This document shows, in pieces, positions 11,189 through 22,989 of a DNA stretch of 64,000 bases; within the stretch, counting starts at the first letter, position 1, and each line of letters opens with the position of its first letter. Both the position numbers and the translations under genes were made by a program. The notes under the pieces were generated by a model, which ran no database searches, was not told the origin of the DNA, and saw only the letters and a list, made by a program, of their open reading frames with translations. The DNA is taken from contig NC_091999.1 of NCBI RefSeq assembly GCF_044704955.1, positions 64,046,001-64,110,000 on the forward strand. Reading direction: 5' to 3'. Source of the stretch: Pristiophorus japonicus (taxonomy: Eukaryota).

Positions 11189-11874
11189 TGTATGAAAAAC
11201 TCACTTATGTATGTACAGCACGCTTATACTCTCGCTTTTTATGGGTTTTCAGTCGCGGAAACAGCAAATTGTGCTTCACAGTAAAGTGTGATGAACCATT
11301 CGTTGTGTTAACCTTAATAAAGACTGAGGGAAACATACATTCAGTACAGAATAACACATCCATCAAAGTCAGTGGAGAATTAACAGTTTGAAACAAGATT
11401 GGACAGCATCTCAATCTCATGAGATTCTTAAGGGAACTCGAACATTTTCACTAGAATTCTCTTGGGAACAGGATAAGAAAGTATGTATTTGGGAACAAGA
11501 TAGCAAATCCTGGGAAGCAATTTCAATTCACACTTCATGAGGAATTGAGGCAAATTTGACACCACAGAATAACACATTCCAGAAGAGTGACATGTGATGC
11601 AAGATGGAGAGGTGGGGAAGCACTACTCAGAGCCAGTCTGACAAGGGTCGACACATCAATGTAAGTTCGTTGATAGCAGTATGCCAATCGATGTTTTTTT
11701 TAAGACGGGCGCACACCTCTAAAATTGTAGAAGTGTATTTGCAAAACCTCTGTTCTGGGAAGGTCCATCCATGAAAACTTCCCCTGCATGCTTGAATACA
11801 AACCAGTTGAAACGAAGTTTCGTCTGAGTGATTCTGTGGTCGCTATACGGGCGGGTAGGTGTCGATTCCTTACA
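11189..11874 (+). mobile_element. Possible solo LTR
   Basis: Unique-looking block between GA repeats with TGTATGAA...TTCCTTACA imperfect terminal inverted ends and an AATAAA; no TSD or PBS seen. Confidence 0.3.
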
Positions 11875-11919
11875 TCAGGGAGTCCACCTTGAGTAAGAGA
11901 AGTTTTCCTTCTACACCAA

Positions 11920-12150
11920 CAGAGACAATGATACAAAGAGGTTGAGAGATACAGCGATTGAGCAAGCGGTACAGGGAGCGAGAAAAAGAGATAAAGAAAG
12001 AGAGAGCGAGAGAGATACATAGATAGATAGACTGATACAGAGATACAGAGAGAGATAGAGAGATGGAAAGAGAGAGATAGAGAGAGAAAGAGAAAGGTAC
12101 ATAGATAGAGAGACTTATACAGAGATAATGAGAGACAGAGAGCGATGTAA

Positions 12151-12183
<33 letters not shown>

Positions 12184-12185
12184 TT
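11920..12185. repeat. (GA)n-rich microsatellite
   Basis: Seen directly. Confidence 0.85.
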
Positions 12186-12382
12186 CATGATTGTGCTTCT
12201 TGATAAAGATCTTCACTCCAAACTCAGTATCATGATTTCAATCCTGTCTTCTGACGCTGATTCGTCCTGTTTTTTTGAATGGACAATGAAAGGTTGACAA
12301 TGTTATAAAACCCATCAGCACCTGTCAGTATGTGCTAGAAGCTTTGTTTTCCACTTATGGTTTGCAGAGATCTGTTCCCGAG

Positions 12383-12878
12383 GTGCCATTCAGGTATTTG
12401 TTTCCAGTTGCTCTCCTGTTTACACTGAGGGTAGGCTTTGCGCAATGCATTGAGCTGTGTGTATGTGTTACTGGCATTTATGAAATTGCAAGTGTGGGTC
12501 CAGCCTCCATTGCTTGAGTGTTGTTTATTCTGATAACATGATGCCTTTTACTTGCTAATGTTCCTTATCAAGTCCAGTGAGGAAATAGTGTCCGTGTTTC
12601 AGGACCCACCGAGTAACACCTTGGGTGACGGGCAAAGTTTCACTTTGAAGTGCAATTATCCGACATCACCTCCTCACCCTTCATTTTTTCTCATGCATTC
12701 AGCAGCCAGAGGCAAATCCGCAATAAATACTGCAAAGCTCGATCTAGAAATAATGTAACTGCCTTTGGGAAGTGTCTGCTGTAGTTACATTAGACAATGC
12801 CATAGGAACGGTTCCTTTAAACATTCAATATTGCCAGGTGTCTGACAGCGTCATTTATTACTGTTCACTTGCTCTGTG
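12383..12878 (+). pseudogene. TCR alpha/delta-like V gene segment (V3): probable leader 12383-12430, V exon ~12573-12878; inactivated
   Basis: Leader-like (V)PFRYLFPVALLFTLR/gtaggc with GTG start. Exon SVFQDPPSNTLGDGQSFTLKCNYPTS.., frameshifted FR2 CIQQPEANPQ*IL, FR3 VTLDNAIGTVPLNIQYCQVSDSVIYYCSLA, then heptamer CACAATG. Confidence 0.85.
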
Positions 12879-12885
12879 CACAATG
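12879..12885 (+). other. RSS heptamer of V3 (nonamer not recognisable)
   Basis: CACAATG directly after YYCSLAL; the position 23 nt downstream reads CCCATCTGT. Confidence 0.65.
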
Positions 12886-12899
12886 TGCATGGTTGAAAG

Positions 12900-13532
12900 C
12901 CGGCTTTTCCCATCTGTCAAGCTCCAACTTGACAGATCCTCCACATCTCAGCAGCCAGCACATTCGCATCGGCAAGTTTGCAAATGTCCTGAAAACTTGA
13001 AGCTGATAAAAGCAGGCGCAAAGCCTTCTTTTATAGGCATAAGAGTTTTAAATCATGAAACTCATAGAAAAATAAAATTTAAAATACATTTTTTGTTAAA
13101 AGCCCTGCCCACTGAGGTAAGTTTATTTTAAACCGGAAACAAAAAAAACTTTTTTTAAAATTGGAAAGATTTTTTTATTGGACAAAAATAGCTTTAATTT
13201 AAATAAATATAAAATATGTGGTGTATTTTTTCTTTTTTTTCTTTTTGTTTTGATGTTTTGCGGGTGTGTTTCTCAATCAAAATAACCGGAAATCCAACTT
13301 ATGGAGTTCCCGTTATTTTAAATGAGAAAATATTGTACCTTGATTGGCTGCCCAGGGCCATGTGATTCCAGCTCAAGATTATGGAAGTTGAGACGTGCAC
13401 GCCTCTGCTGCACAGCGTGGAGGCCTTAGGCCTGAATTGATGGTAGTCGCAGCAATTGCAGGTAGTTGTGCAACTTTTAAAATTTTTTAGTCGATCGCCT
13501 TCGGGAAGACCTCGACTGGGATTTCTAGGCCA
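12900..13532. mobile_element. Non-autonomous DNA transposon/MITE-like remnant
   Basis: Internal palindrome atctgtcaag..cttgacagat (12912-12937), AT-rich core, terminal atttctaggcc resembling shark MITE TIRs. Confidence 0.4.
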
Positions 13533-13537
13533 TTGTT

Positions 13538-15127
13538 AAACATAGAAACATAGAAACATAGAAAATAGGTGCAGGAGTAGGCCATTCGGCCCTCCAACCT
13601 GCACCGCCATTCAATGAGTTCATGGCTGAATATTCAACTTCAGGACCCCATTCCTGCTTTCTCGCCATACCCCTTGATCCCCCTAGTAGTAAGGACCTCA
13701 TCTTACTCCTTTTTGAATATATTTAGTGAATTGGCCTCAACAACTTTCTGTGGTAGAGAATTCCAAATGTTCACCACTCTCTGGGTGAAGACGTTCCTCT
13801 GCATCTCGGTCCTAAATGGCTTACCCATTATCCTTAGACTGTGACCTTTGGTTCTGGACTTCCCCAACATTGGGAACATTCTTCCTGCATCTAACCTGTC
13901 TAACCCCGTCAGAATTTTAAATGTTTCTATGAGGTCCCCTCTCATTCTTCTGAACTCCAGTGAATACAAGCCCAGTTGATCCAGTCTTTCTTGATAGGAC
14001 AGTCCCGCCATCCCGGGAATCAGTCTGGTGAACCTTCGCTGCACTCCCTCAATAGCAAGAATGTCCTTCCTCAGGTTAGGAGACCAAAACTGTACACAAT
14101 ACTCCAGGTGTGGCCTCACCAATGCCCTGTACAACTGTAGCAACACCTCCCTGCCCCTGTATTCAAATCCCCTTGCTATGAAGGCCAAGATGCCATTTGC
14201 TTTCTTAACCGCCTGCTGCACCTGCATGCCAACCTTCAATGACTGATGTACCATGACACCCTGGTCTCTTTGCACCTGCCCTTTTCCTAATCTGTCACCA
14301 TTCAGATAATAGTCTGTCTCTCTGTTTTTACCACCAAAGTGGATAACCTCACATTTATCCACATTATACTTCATCTGCCATGCATTTGCCCACTCACCTA
14401 ACCTATCCAAGTCGCTCTGCAGCCTCACAGCATCCTCCTCGCAGCTCACACTGCCAAACAACTTAGTGTTATCCGCAAATTTGGAGATACTACATTTAAT
14501 CCCCTCATCTAAATCATTAATGTACAGTGTAAACAGCTGGGGCCCCAGCAAAGAACCTTGCGGTACCCCACTAGTCACTGCCTGCCATTCTGAAAAGTAC
14601 CCATTTACTCCTACTCTTTGCTTCCTGTCTGACAACCAGTTCTCAATCCATGTCAGTACATTACCCCCAATCCCATGTGCTCTAACTTTGCACATCAATC
14701 TCTTGTGTGGGACCTTGTCGAACGCCTTCTGAAAGTCCAAATATACCACATCAACTGGTTTTCCCTTATCCACTCTACTGGAAACATCCTCAAAAAATGT
14801 CAGAAGATTTGTCAAGCATGATTTCCCTTTCACAAATCCATGCTGACTTGGACCGATCATGTCACCTCTTTCCAAATGCACTGCTATGACATCCTTAATA
14901 ATTGATTCCATCATTTTACCCACTTTCGATATCAGGCTGACCGGTCTATAATTCCCTGTTTTCTCTCTCCCTCCTTTTTTTAAAAGTGGGGTTACTTTGG
15001 CTACCCTCCACTCCATAGGAACTGATCCAGAGTAAATGGAATGTTGGTAAATGACTGTCAACGCATCCACTATTTCCAAGGCCACCTCCTTAAGTACTCT
15101 GGGATGCAGTCCATCAGGCCCTGGGGA
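13538..15127 (-). mobile_element. Young 5'-truncated CR1 with uninterrupted RT domain (ORF 13703-~15127)
   Basis: [50 protein letters not shown]; (AGAAACAT)n tail at 13538-13565. Confidence 0.95.
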
Positions 15128-15134
15128 ATGTAAA

Positions 15135-15216
15135 GATTGCAGTTGCGACTGTGTTTGCTGACAGACATTTCGATGTATCACATGGTCGAGACCGTGGCTG
15201 TGACTGTATCAAAACC
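15135..15216 (+). pseudogene. Possible fourth V-segment 3' remnant with RSS-like signal (V4?)
   Basis: LQLRLCLLTDISMYH aligns in register with V3 LNIQYCQVSDSVIYY; then CACATGG + 22 nt + ATCAAAACC; lies at the CR1 truncation junction. Confidence 0.35.
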
Positions 15217-15499
15217 TAATGTGCAGCGTCAGGAAAACATTGTGCCAATTTGGAACAGTAATAGGAGGGCAGACCTTCCAATGATGAAGTTTCTTCTTGA
15301 GAACTTAACTTTGGTATTTTTTGCCCAGGAGCGCACACTTTAATAGGTTTAAAGTCCATGTTAAGAAAATACACAAAGGAATTTATTACACATTTGTTCG
15401 TGTTCCTTTGTGAACTTTACTGACCTGACGATTTGCCAGATCATTTTGCATTATCCTTTGATTTCCACAGGGTAAAAATGGAGAAGGAAGTGGCCTCGT

Positions 15500-15945
15500 G
15501 TCAGACCGAGAGATTAAATCTTGAGTAGAGTGGGCCTATATTCTCTGGAGTTTAGAGGAATTAGGTGATCCCATTGAAACGGGGACAATTTTAACAGGGC
15601 TTGGCAGCGTCGATGATAAGAGGATGATTACCCGCGCTGGAAATTCTAGGACTAGGGGTGATAGACCCAGCATAACTGGTCGGCCATTTAGGACTGAGAT
15701 GAGGAGGGATTACTTACTCAGAGGATGGTGAATATTTGAAATTTTTATCTTCCCGGGGGCTGCGGAGGCTCAGTCGTTGTATATTCGAGACAGAGGTCAA
15801 TAGATTTATGGGCTCAAAACGAATATGGGAATGGGAAGTGGAGATGATGTACTAGTTCAGCCATGACCTTATTGACCAGCAAATGAGGCTGGAAGGGCCA
15901 CATGACCTACACCTGCACATATTTCTTACGTTCTTATGTTCTTAA
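15500..15945 (+). mobile_element. Old CR1 3' fragment
   Basis: Degenerate match to CR1 ORF2 end and 3'UTR ending tcttacgttcttatgttctta. Confidence 0.75.
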
Positions 15946-16134
15946 GGGGAAAATAGTCACGGACGAAGGGGACAGTCTTGAAGGGAGCGGTAGTGCAAAG
16001 CTGGCAATAGCGAATCGGCTGCACATTTTACAAGGCCGACAAAGACCAATGTCATGACAGAATGTCAGGCCGAAGAAAAGAAAGACACCAAGATATAATC
16101 CGAGTAGTAATTGAAGCCGACTCTTAAAGCTTTT

Positions 16135-17042
16135 CTAGTTTACTAAATTTACAATTCGATTGCAAAAATATTTTGCCGCATGCTTTAACTTCTCCCTAAT
16201 TTTTTTCTGTGTCACTGTATAAATACACGTGTTGGTGCAGCAACTTCGGAGCTGGAGCATGTTTCTACTTTCCTGGCGAATGAAATTGGGTTCATTGAAA
16301 TTGGAACCTGCGAAATAAGATCCGTTTGTAATTTTCACATACAAGAAATCTACAACATACGTCATCCATAACAGGATTAAACTGCCCGAGACGGTGAAGA
16401 GTAAAATGATGGACTTTCTCCGGCTTTCCATCTCTGGGTCACTCTCGTTCTTTCCATTGATGTGGGTCCGGAGCCTCCTGCGGGCTCTGTTGGCTGCTAC
16501 AATGTGTCTGACGGTCAGAGCATTCAGCAGCAAGATCAGGAAGAATGGGAGGCCTGTATTGAAAAGACGAGCAAACCAATGATACGCTATCCACACGAGT
16601 GAAGTGTAGAAGGTTGATTTAATATTTCAAAACTACGGGACCTTGTTGATTATATAGAGCGGTTCGTATATAAAGTACCAAGGAACGCTTTTTAAACAGC
16701 TCATTAAACAGACCGTTCCTATAACCACAGCCGCTGTTTTCTCGGTGCAATAATTTGTTTTCAGCTTCTGGCAACAAATGGCTACAAATCGATCAAAGGT
16801 GAAAGCGACCGTTAACCAGACCGAACTCTCCGTGGCTGCATAAATTACCACAGGACTAAGAGTACACGCCGGGGTCAGGGACAAAAAACTACCTGGAAAA
16901 TAAATGCCACAAATCCGATTGAATATCACAGCTGTGATAATGACCAGAAGATCCGTCACCGCTATGGACACAAGGTACCGAGTGGTACATCTGGAGAGAC
17001 CGCACCTTCCTTGGGACAGGATCACAATTGCCACTAAATTAA
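16135..17042 (-). pseudogene. GPR139-like class A GPCR, main coding exon, pseudogene
   Basis: Acceptor tctcag at ~17043; VNLVAIVILSQGRCGLSRCTTRYLV..DLLV..FTFDRFVAICCQKLK..YCTEKTA..LPFFLILLLNALTVRHI..DPEMESRRKSIILL..CTNTCIY. In-frame stops at 16633-35 (TAG) and 16627-29 (TGA); first exon not confidently found. Confidence 0.88.
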
Positions 17043-17706
17043 CTGAGACTAAGAAGAAAGTTAACATTGGGAAGCTACCAGTCAAAGTCTCAGCAAACAC
17101 ATAAGTGTGACAGTTATTCTGTGACATTTTGAGACTTCATCCAACCACAGCAGAACACCGTTTACAAAAGATACCCCAAAAAATATTAGTGCGTTTCCAG
17201 TGTCACCTGTATCTCGACATTTTTCCCGATAATTAGTTGTCAACTGTAGGATACAGTATAATGTAACAGGAAAGTAACTTAAAATACAATCGTCAGTATT
17301 AATAAGTTGGTATTATGAGAATGTATTATTTGATAGAGCCGACCACGGTTTAGATGAGACCATTGGGATACTACAAGAGAATACTCAGTAAGCAGGAGGA
17401 TTCATGTTAATGCAATTTAAGGAGCATCAAAGGGTATGTGTAAGATTTCTCGCTTGTTTGGAGCTAACACGCCTCCAAACTGTTCTCGATTCTGTTGACT
17501 TCTGATCTTTATAACCAAACAAACTCTATATATTCTACATACACACAACTATAACCCCAGCGAGACTGGAGTGTCTATGGTGCCACATTTCCATTTACAG
17601 GTGATGTGGCACATGACAACAGAAACACAACATGAGAATAATCTCAGAATTGATAGGTTCAGAGCGACTGATCTCACATCTAGGTATATAAATCGGCGAA
17701 AGCTCA

Positions 17707-19491
17707 CGGAGCGAAATTGCCCTGCACCCTGATTGGGGTGGTAACCAGCTGGGGTTGGGACATCCTGCGCCCAGTGTGGAAGTCCCGCCCCGGTTGCAGA
17801 ATTTGGCTTATTGCCGCTCAAATGAAGTGGAGTGCAAACTCGCGCGTTCCACTTACTTTAGTGGCGGTACCAGCTGCGCTAACAGGGTGAGTAGTGCAGT
17901 GCTACACAGATGCTCCACATAACGCTGATGCGGTTTAATGCCCCTACCCTTCGCCTAAAGGGGAGGGCCTCTGTGCACTTTGCAAACCTCTGGTGGTCTC
18001 CACTAAACCACCAGGACTGCGTGGTACCGGTCCTGCAGCCTGGCATCCAAAAGAGAATAACGGGCTCCACGATTGTGGCTCGGACCATAAGAACATAAGA
18101 ACATAAAAAATAGGAACAGAAGTAGGTTATACGGCCCCTCGAGCCTGCATTGTCATTCAATAAGTTCATGGCTCATCTGATGATGGACTCAACTCCACAT
18201 CCCCACCCGCTCCCCATAACCCCTTATCCCCTTATCGTTTAAGAAACTGTCTATTTCTGACTTAAAATTATTCAGTATCCCAGCTTCCACAGCTCCCTGA
18301 GGCAGCGAAGTCCATAGATTTACAACCCTCTGAGAGAATAAATTCCTCCTCATCTTTGTTTTAAATGGGCGGCCCCTTATTCTAAGATCATACCCCCTAG
18401 TTCTAGTCTCCCCCATCAGTGGAAACAGTCTCTATCCATGCATTTTGTCAAACACGATCATAATCTTATACGTTTCGATAAGATCACCTCTCCTTCTTTT
18501 GAACTCCATAGAATATAGGGCCAACCTTCTCAGCCTTTCCTCATAAATCAACTGCAGAATTCTCGGAAGCAACCTAGTGAAGCTTCTCTGAACTGCCTGC
18601 AAAGCAATGATACCCTTGCTTATATATGGAAACCAAATCTGCACACAGTGTTCCAGGGGAGGCCTCACCAAAACTTTTTATAGCTGTAGCAAGCCTTCCC
18701 TGTCTTTATACTCCATCCCCTTTGCAATAAAGCCCAAGATACCATTGGCCTTACTGATCACTTGCTGTACCTGCGTACTATCCTTTTGTATTTCATGTTC
18801 AATTACGCCCAGGTCCCGCTGTACTGCGGCACTTTGCAATCTTTTGCCATTCAAATAATGACTTGCTCTTTGATTTTTTTATGCCAAACTGTCTCACACT
18901 TTCGGACATTTTACTCCATCTGCCAAAATTTTTGCCCACTCACTTAGCATTTCAATGTTCTTTTGCAGATTTTTTGTATCCCACTCACACATTTGTTTTC
19001 CTCTCATCTTTTTATCGTCAGCAAACGTGGCTACGTAACACTCAGTCCTTTCTTCCAAGTCATTAATATAGATTGTAAATAGTTGGGGTCCCAGCCTGAT
19101 CCCTGCGGCACCCCACTAGTTACTGGTTGCCAACCAGAGAATGAACCATTCATCCCGACACTCTGTTCTCTGCTGGTTAGCCAATCCTCTTTACATGTCA
19201 CAATCCAAGTGAACTTTATTTTGTGCAGTACCCTTTGACCATGCCAGAGGGGGACATGTAGTGCTAACCCGAGAGTTGTCAAAACGAGGAAGATGATGTC
19301 GCCGGGCTCTGGCGACATTACCTTTAACTTCTGGCTGCAGCGCGCGCCAGCCTTGCGGGAAGCGTTCTCCAAATTCCCGTGCAATTTACCAGGAGCCAGG
19401 AGTGTCCCCCACCCCTTGCGAAAATTGTCTTTTGCCCCGTTGGCACCCCTGGAGGCACTAACGGGCCTCTAAAAATGGGCAATTTGGCCCC
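17707..19491. mobile_element. DNA transposon/MITE with GAAATTGCCC-type TIRs, interrupted by a CR1
   Basis: gcgaaattgccc at ~17711 and gggcaatttggcccc at ~19477-19491 are imperfect inverted repeats; GC-rich arms. Confidence 0.55.
18085..19235 (-). mobile_element. CR1 3' fragment (RT end + 3'UTR)
   Basis: (ataagaac)n tail at 18087; fragments GVPQGS, VRPPLEHCVQ, FSQRVVNLW. Confidence 0.9.
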
Positions 19492-21809
19492 ATCAGTTAT
19501 CCTTTTGCACTCCGTGCTGAGAATTATCCTGGGTTGATCCATAGTTCTTATAAACCGGTGGGTATCCTACTAGTAAGTGTAGAAGTATGACATACTTGCA
19601 TGTTCTGTCAATATTAATAAAGTAAAAAAGTTCGAGAATATGTGTGGTTATAGATTTTCGATATATATATGCAGATAGAGAAATGGGAGGGGGAATGTGT
19701 GCGCGAATGCTCTGTTCAAGAGATGATGGATCCTTATACTTTATCAAGAGTGTAGCATCGGCTGTGTTTCATTTCGATTTACTTCAATGTTTAACACAAA
19801 CAGCGATCATTATAATGGGCAAAGTCGATGAAAATAGATTGGTGTGCAAAGGGGCTCGGATTGCCTGCGACACATTTTTTGCCTGGCAGCAAAAGTAGGA
19901 ATTCACCCCAGTCCTACAATACTGATTCAGTATTATTATTCCTAGTTAAATAGAAACCGTTACTGAATTTGAGGAAAATAGTTGGTTGAAGATTTGGCGA
20001 TTTTTTATAGTGTAAAGTGAGCAGCTGTGTAACATCAAACTAAAGCGCTATAACGCCCTTTATGCCGGAATTGTGTAAGTAAATAGTTAGCAGTTTCGAT
20101 TAATGTAATGAAATAAATTCGCACAAACATTTGCCAACATGTAAAAATGGAAAGTCACTTTCCTTTAGTCACCAAGAGCAAGCAAAAATATGTTTAGCAT
20201 ATTATTATTCAAGATTGCAATCGATAGATTTTTGCATATTGGAGGTATCAAGGGATATGGTGATAGTACAGGAAGGTCGAGTTGAATTCGAAGATCAGTG
20301 CTGTCCCTGTGATTTTGAAGCAACGGCCTCATTTACGCCAGGCCGGCAATTCGGGTCACCAAACGGGTGTCCCGATGCTGCTCCTGGGTTGAGATCTCCC
20401 AATATCCGGACGCTACATGCCACGTGAATTTCCTGTTCATCACTCTTTCTATCTCAATTTTTTCTCAGAGTTTTGTGTCACACTCAATTAGATGCGAACA
20501 TATTTAAATGGAAATTTCATGCAGCTTATTGTTTTATATCAAATGTTCATCTATCACTAAAATATTATAGCTTCTCTTTGCAACTAAATATAATATTTAC
20601 AAGACAAAAACATCAAACTTATTTATAGTTTATTTAATTACGCGTGGCTACTAATGTACATTTTTTAAATAAATCTTAGCCAAAACTTGTTTTGTTCTAC
20701 TGGCCTACGACTAGGCCCTGTGCCCAACTCTCACCCTAATGACCGTTTCAAGACCTGTTCCAGCTTCCCCGATGAATGTCGACCCCTCCGACTCCCTCAA
20801 CGTTCATTATGTCTTAAACACTGGTCCTATGATCCATGTTAAATTCTAATTCTGTCTACTCAGCCTTAACGATTTTCCTGTCAAACCCATCACTCCTCGG
20901 TTATCTAGCCCGGTTTTATGCTGAACGCGCAAGCAGCATGTCTTCCATGCCATCTTCCTTGCTCATCCACTTCTGGCCATCAGGAGTGTCTCAGAATCGA
21001 GCATCGCGAAATTACCCATTAACACTAAGCAGCCATACCTGAACAACGTTCTATCCAGTAAATAAACTATTCACCTTATTTGATAGTGATACTGACTCTC
21101 TCAATTAATAATTATTGTATAAATTAAACATAATCGCTTAAGTTAACTTATTCGATAAATGTAATCATTGATTGAATAATTGATTTAACAGCCTCACTTT
21201 TTAAAAATTCTATCCGATACATGTGATCGTTCTCGTCTGATATCTACATTGGTTTACAAAATGTAGTCTGTATTCAGTTTATATTCAGTCTTTCATTATC
21301 AGCAACGCAATTATTTCTGCTAGGAAACCCACTAGAAGCCGCCGAAAGATCCGATTTAAAGGCCAACATTAGCGCATTATGAGAAATAACAATAAAAAGT
21401 GGGTAACAAAAATGAACCAAAACCCTCTGAAATGAAACTGCAAATGTTGCAGCTCTGAAAATAAACCACTGAGATGGAAATGCACAACAACTCAATCAGC
21501 ATCTATAAAGAACACAGAAAGAACCTGGCTTCGGTTACAGGCCCTTCACCAGAAATGATAAATTCCTCACCAATGACCTACACATCAACCCTTCCATGTC
21601 GAATGTTCCTTACAACCGGGGACCCATCTGTTACTCATGTGCAACTTTTCAATGTTGTCTTTTCATGCACACTGTACGACAACGAAAATATTGAAGATTG
21701 CAATCCCCAATAATAGAAGCAACTAATTAAATGGGGATAAACCCCTAGATTTTATCTCTAGTGGAATAGAAAATAAAAGCCAAGAGATAATAATGAAACT
21801 ATATAATAC

Positions 21810-22260
21810 AAGAAATTGCATTTATATTGCGAATTTAACGTAGTAAAGCGTCCCAAGACGCTTCACAGGAGTATCATACTGAGCCAAATATACGGAACGA
21901 TAACCAAATGCTTGATCAGAGAGATAGGTTTAAGGAGCGTCTTTCATGACGAGAGAGAGATAGCACGGTTCGAGAGAGAATTCCAAAGCTTAACGACTAG
22001 GGAGCTGAAGGCATGGCCACCAATGGTGGAATGAAGAACATTGGGGATGGGGGATAGGCCATAATTGAAGGAATGCATTCATGATCAAAGATGGTAGGGC
22101 TGAAGGAGGTTACAAAGTCTGGAGGTGTGGTGCAATGGAAGGATTTGGCCAACGGTGAGAACGTTCAAATCAAAGCGTTGTTCGACCAGGAACTCGTGTA
22201 GGTCAGCAAGCACAGGGCATGATGGATGAAACGGATGGTTGGAGTTAGTATACGGAAAGC
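21810..22260 (-). mobile_element. L2-like LINE 3' fragment
   Basis: ttgcatttatattgcg..cgtcccaagacgcttcacagg..gaattccaaagctt..gctgaaggcatggccacc, typical L2 3' end. Confidence 0.6.
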
Positions 22261-22989
22261 ATGGTTAACGAGATTTAGTTAAGAATACGGTATAAAGTAT
22301 TGCAGTGTTGGAAGGATAGTGAGGCAATAGAGAGAGAAAATCACGCGATGCTGATTGGCATGATGGTATACAAATATCAATAAATCTTCCAAAATTGTTT
22401 TTTTATTGATTAGAACCCTAATTATGGGATGATGTGATAGAAATGTTTCAAATTATGAAAAGATAGGACAAGGGAGCGAGAAACAGACTGCTTGCATTGA
22501 TTGAGATATGTAGAACGTGGAACACAAAAGGTCGATCCCAACTGAGCAGTTTGGTGTTGGAGCTGGAAATGAAAATCGACCAGCTTCCATAAGGACAAGT
22601 GATCAGCGATGCCAGTTTTAGGTAATAGCTGCAAATTGCAATCCTACCTCAATATTGAAAGTCAGGGCCGAAGAATTAATCTCAGGTGTTAGACACTGAA
22701 TGTCAGGCACTGCGTATACCGGGCGATATATACACCTGGATATTGTAAATTGCCTCCGTCCTTAGCAACACGGGAATATAAAAATCAGAAGGAACACTGG
22801 GGTGAAATTAGTGACGGGCTGTAGCGAATAGGCCACCTGTTATATGCTCAATCGTAATTTCTTCTCCTTCGATGTCAATGGGCAGATAACCGGGATAATT
22901 GTAAAACTGTTTACTGATTACCTCTACCATGAAAGACCAATTTCACCCATAATCATTTCAAGCAGGCACATCTTCACTTCAAGAGGTAG

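Noticed and set aside
17380-17620. Candidate first exon of the GPR139-like gene
   Set aside because: Two weak candidates, neither giving a convincing YYP..GVP peptide with a splice donor.
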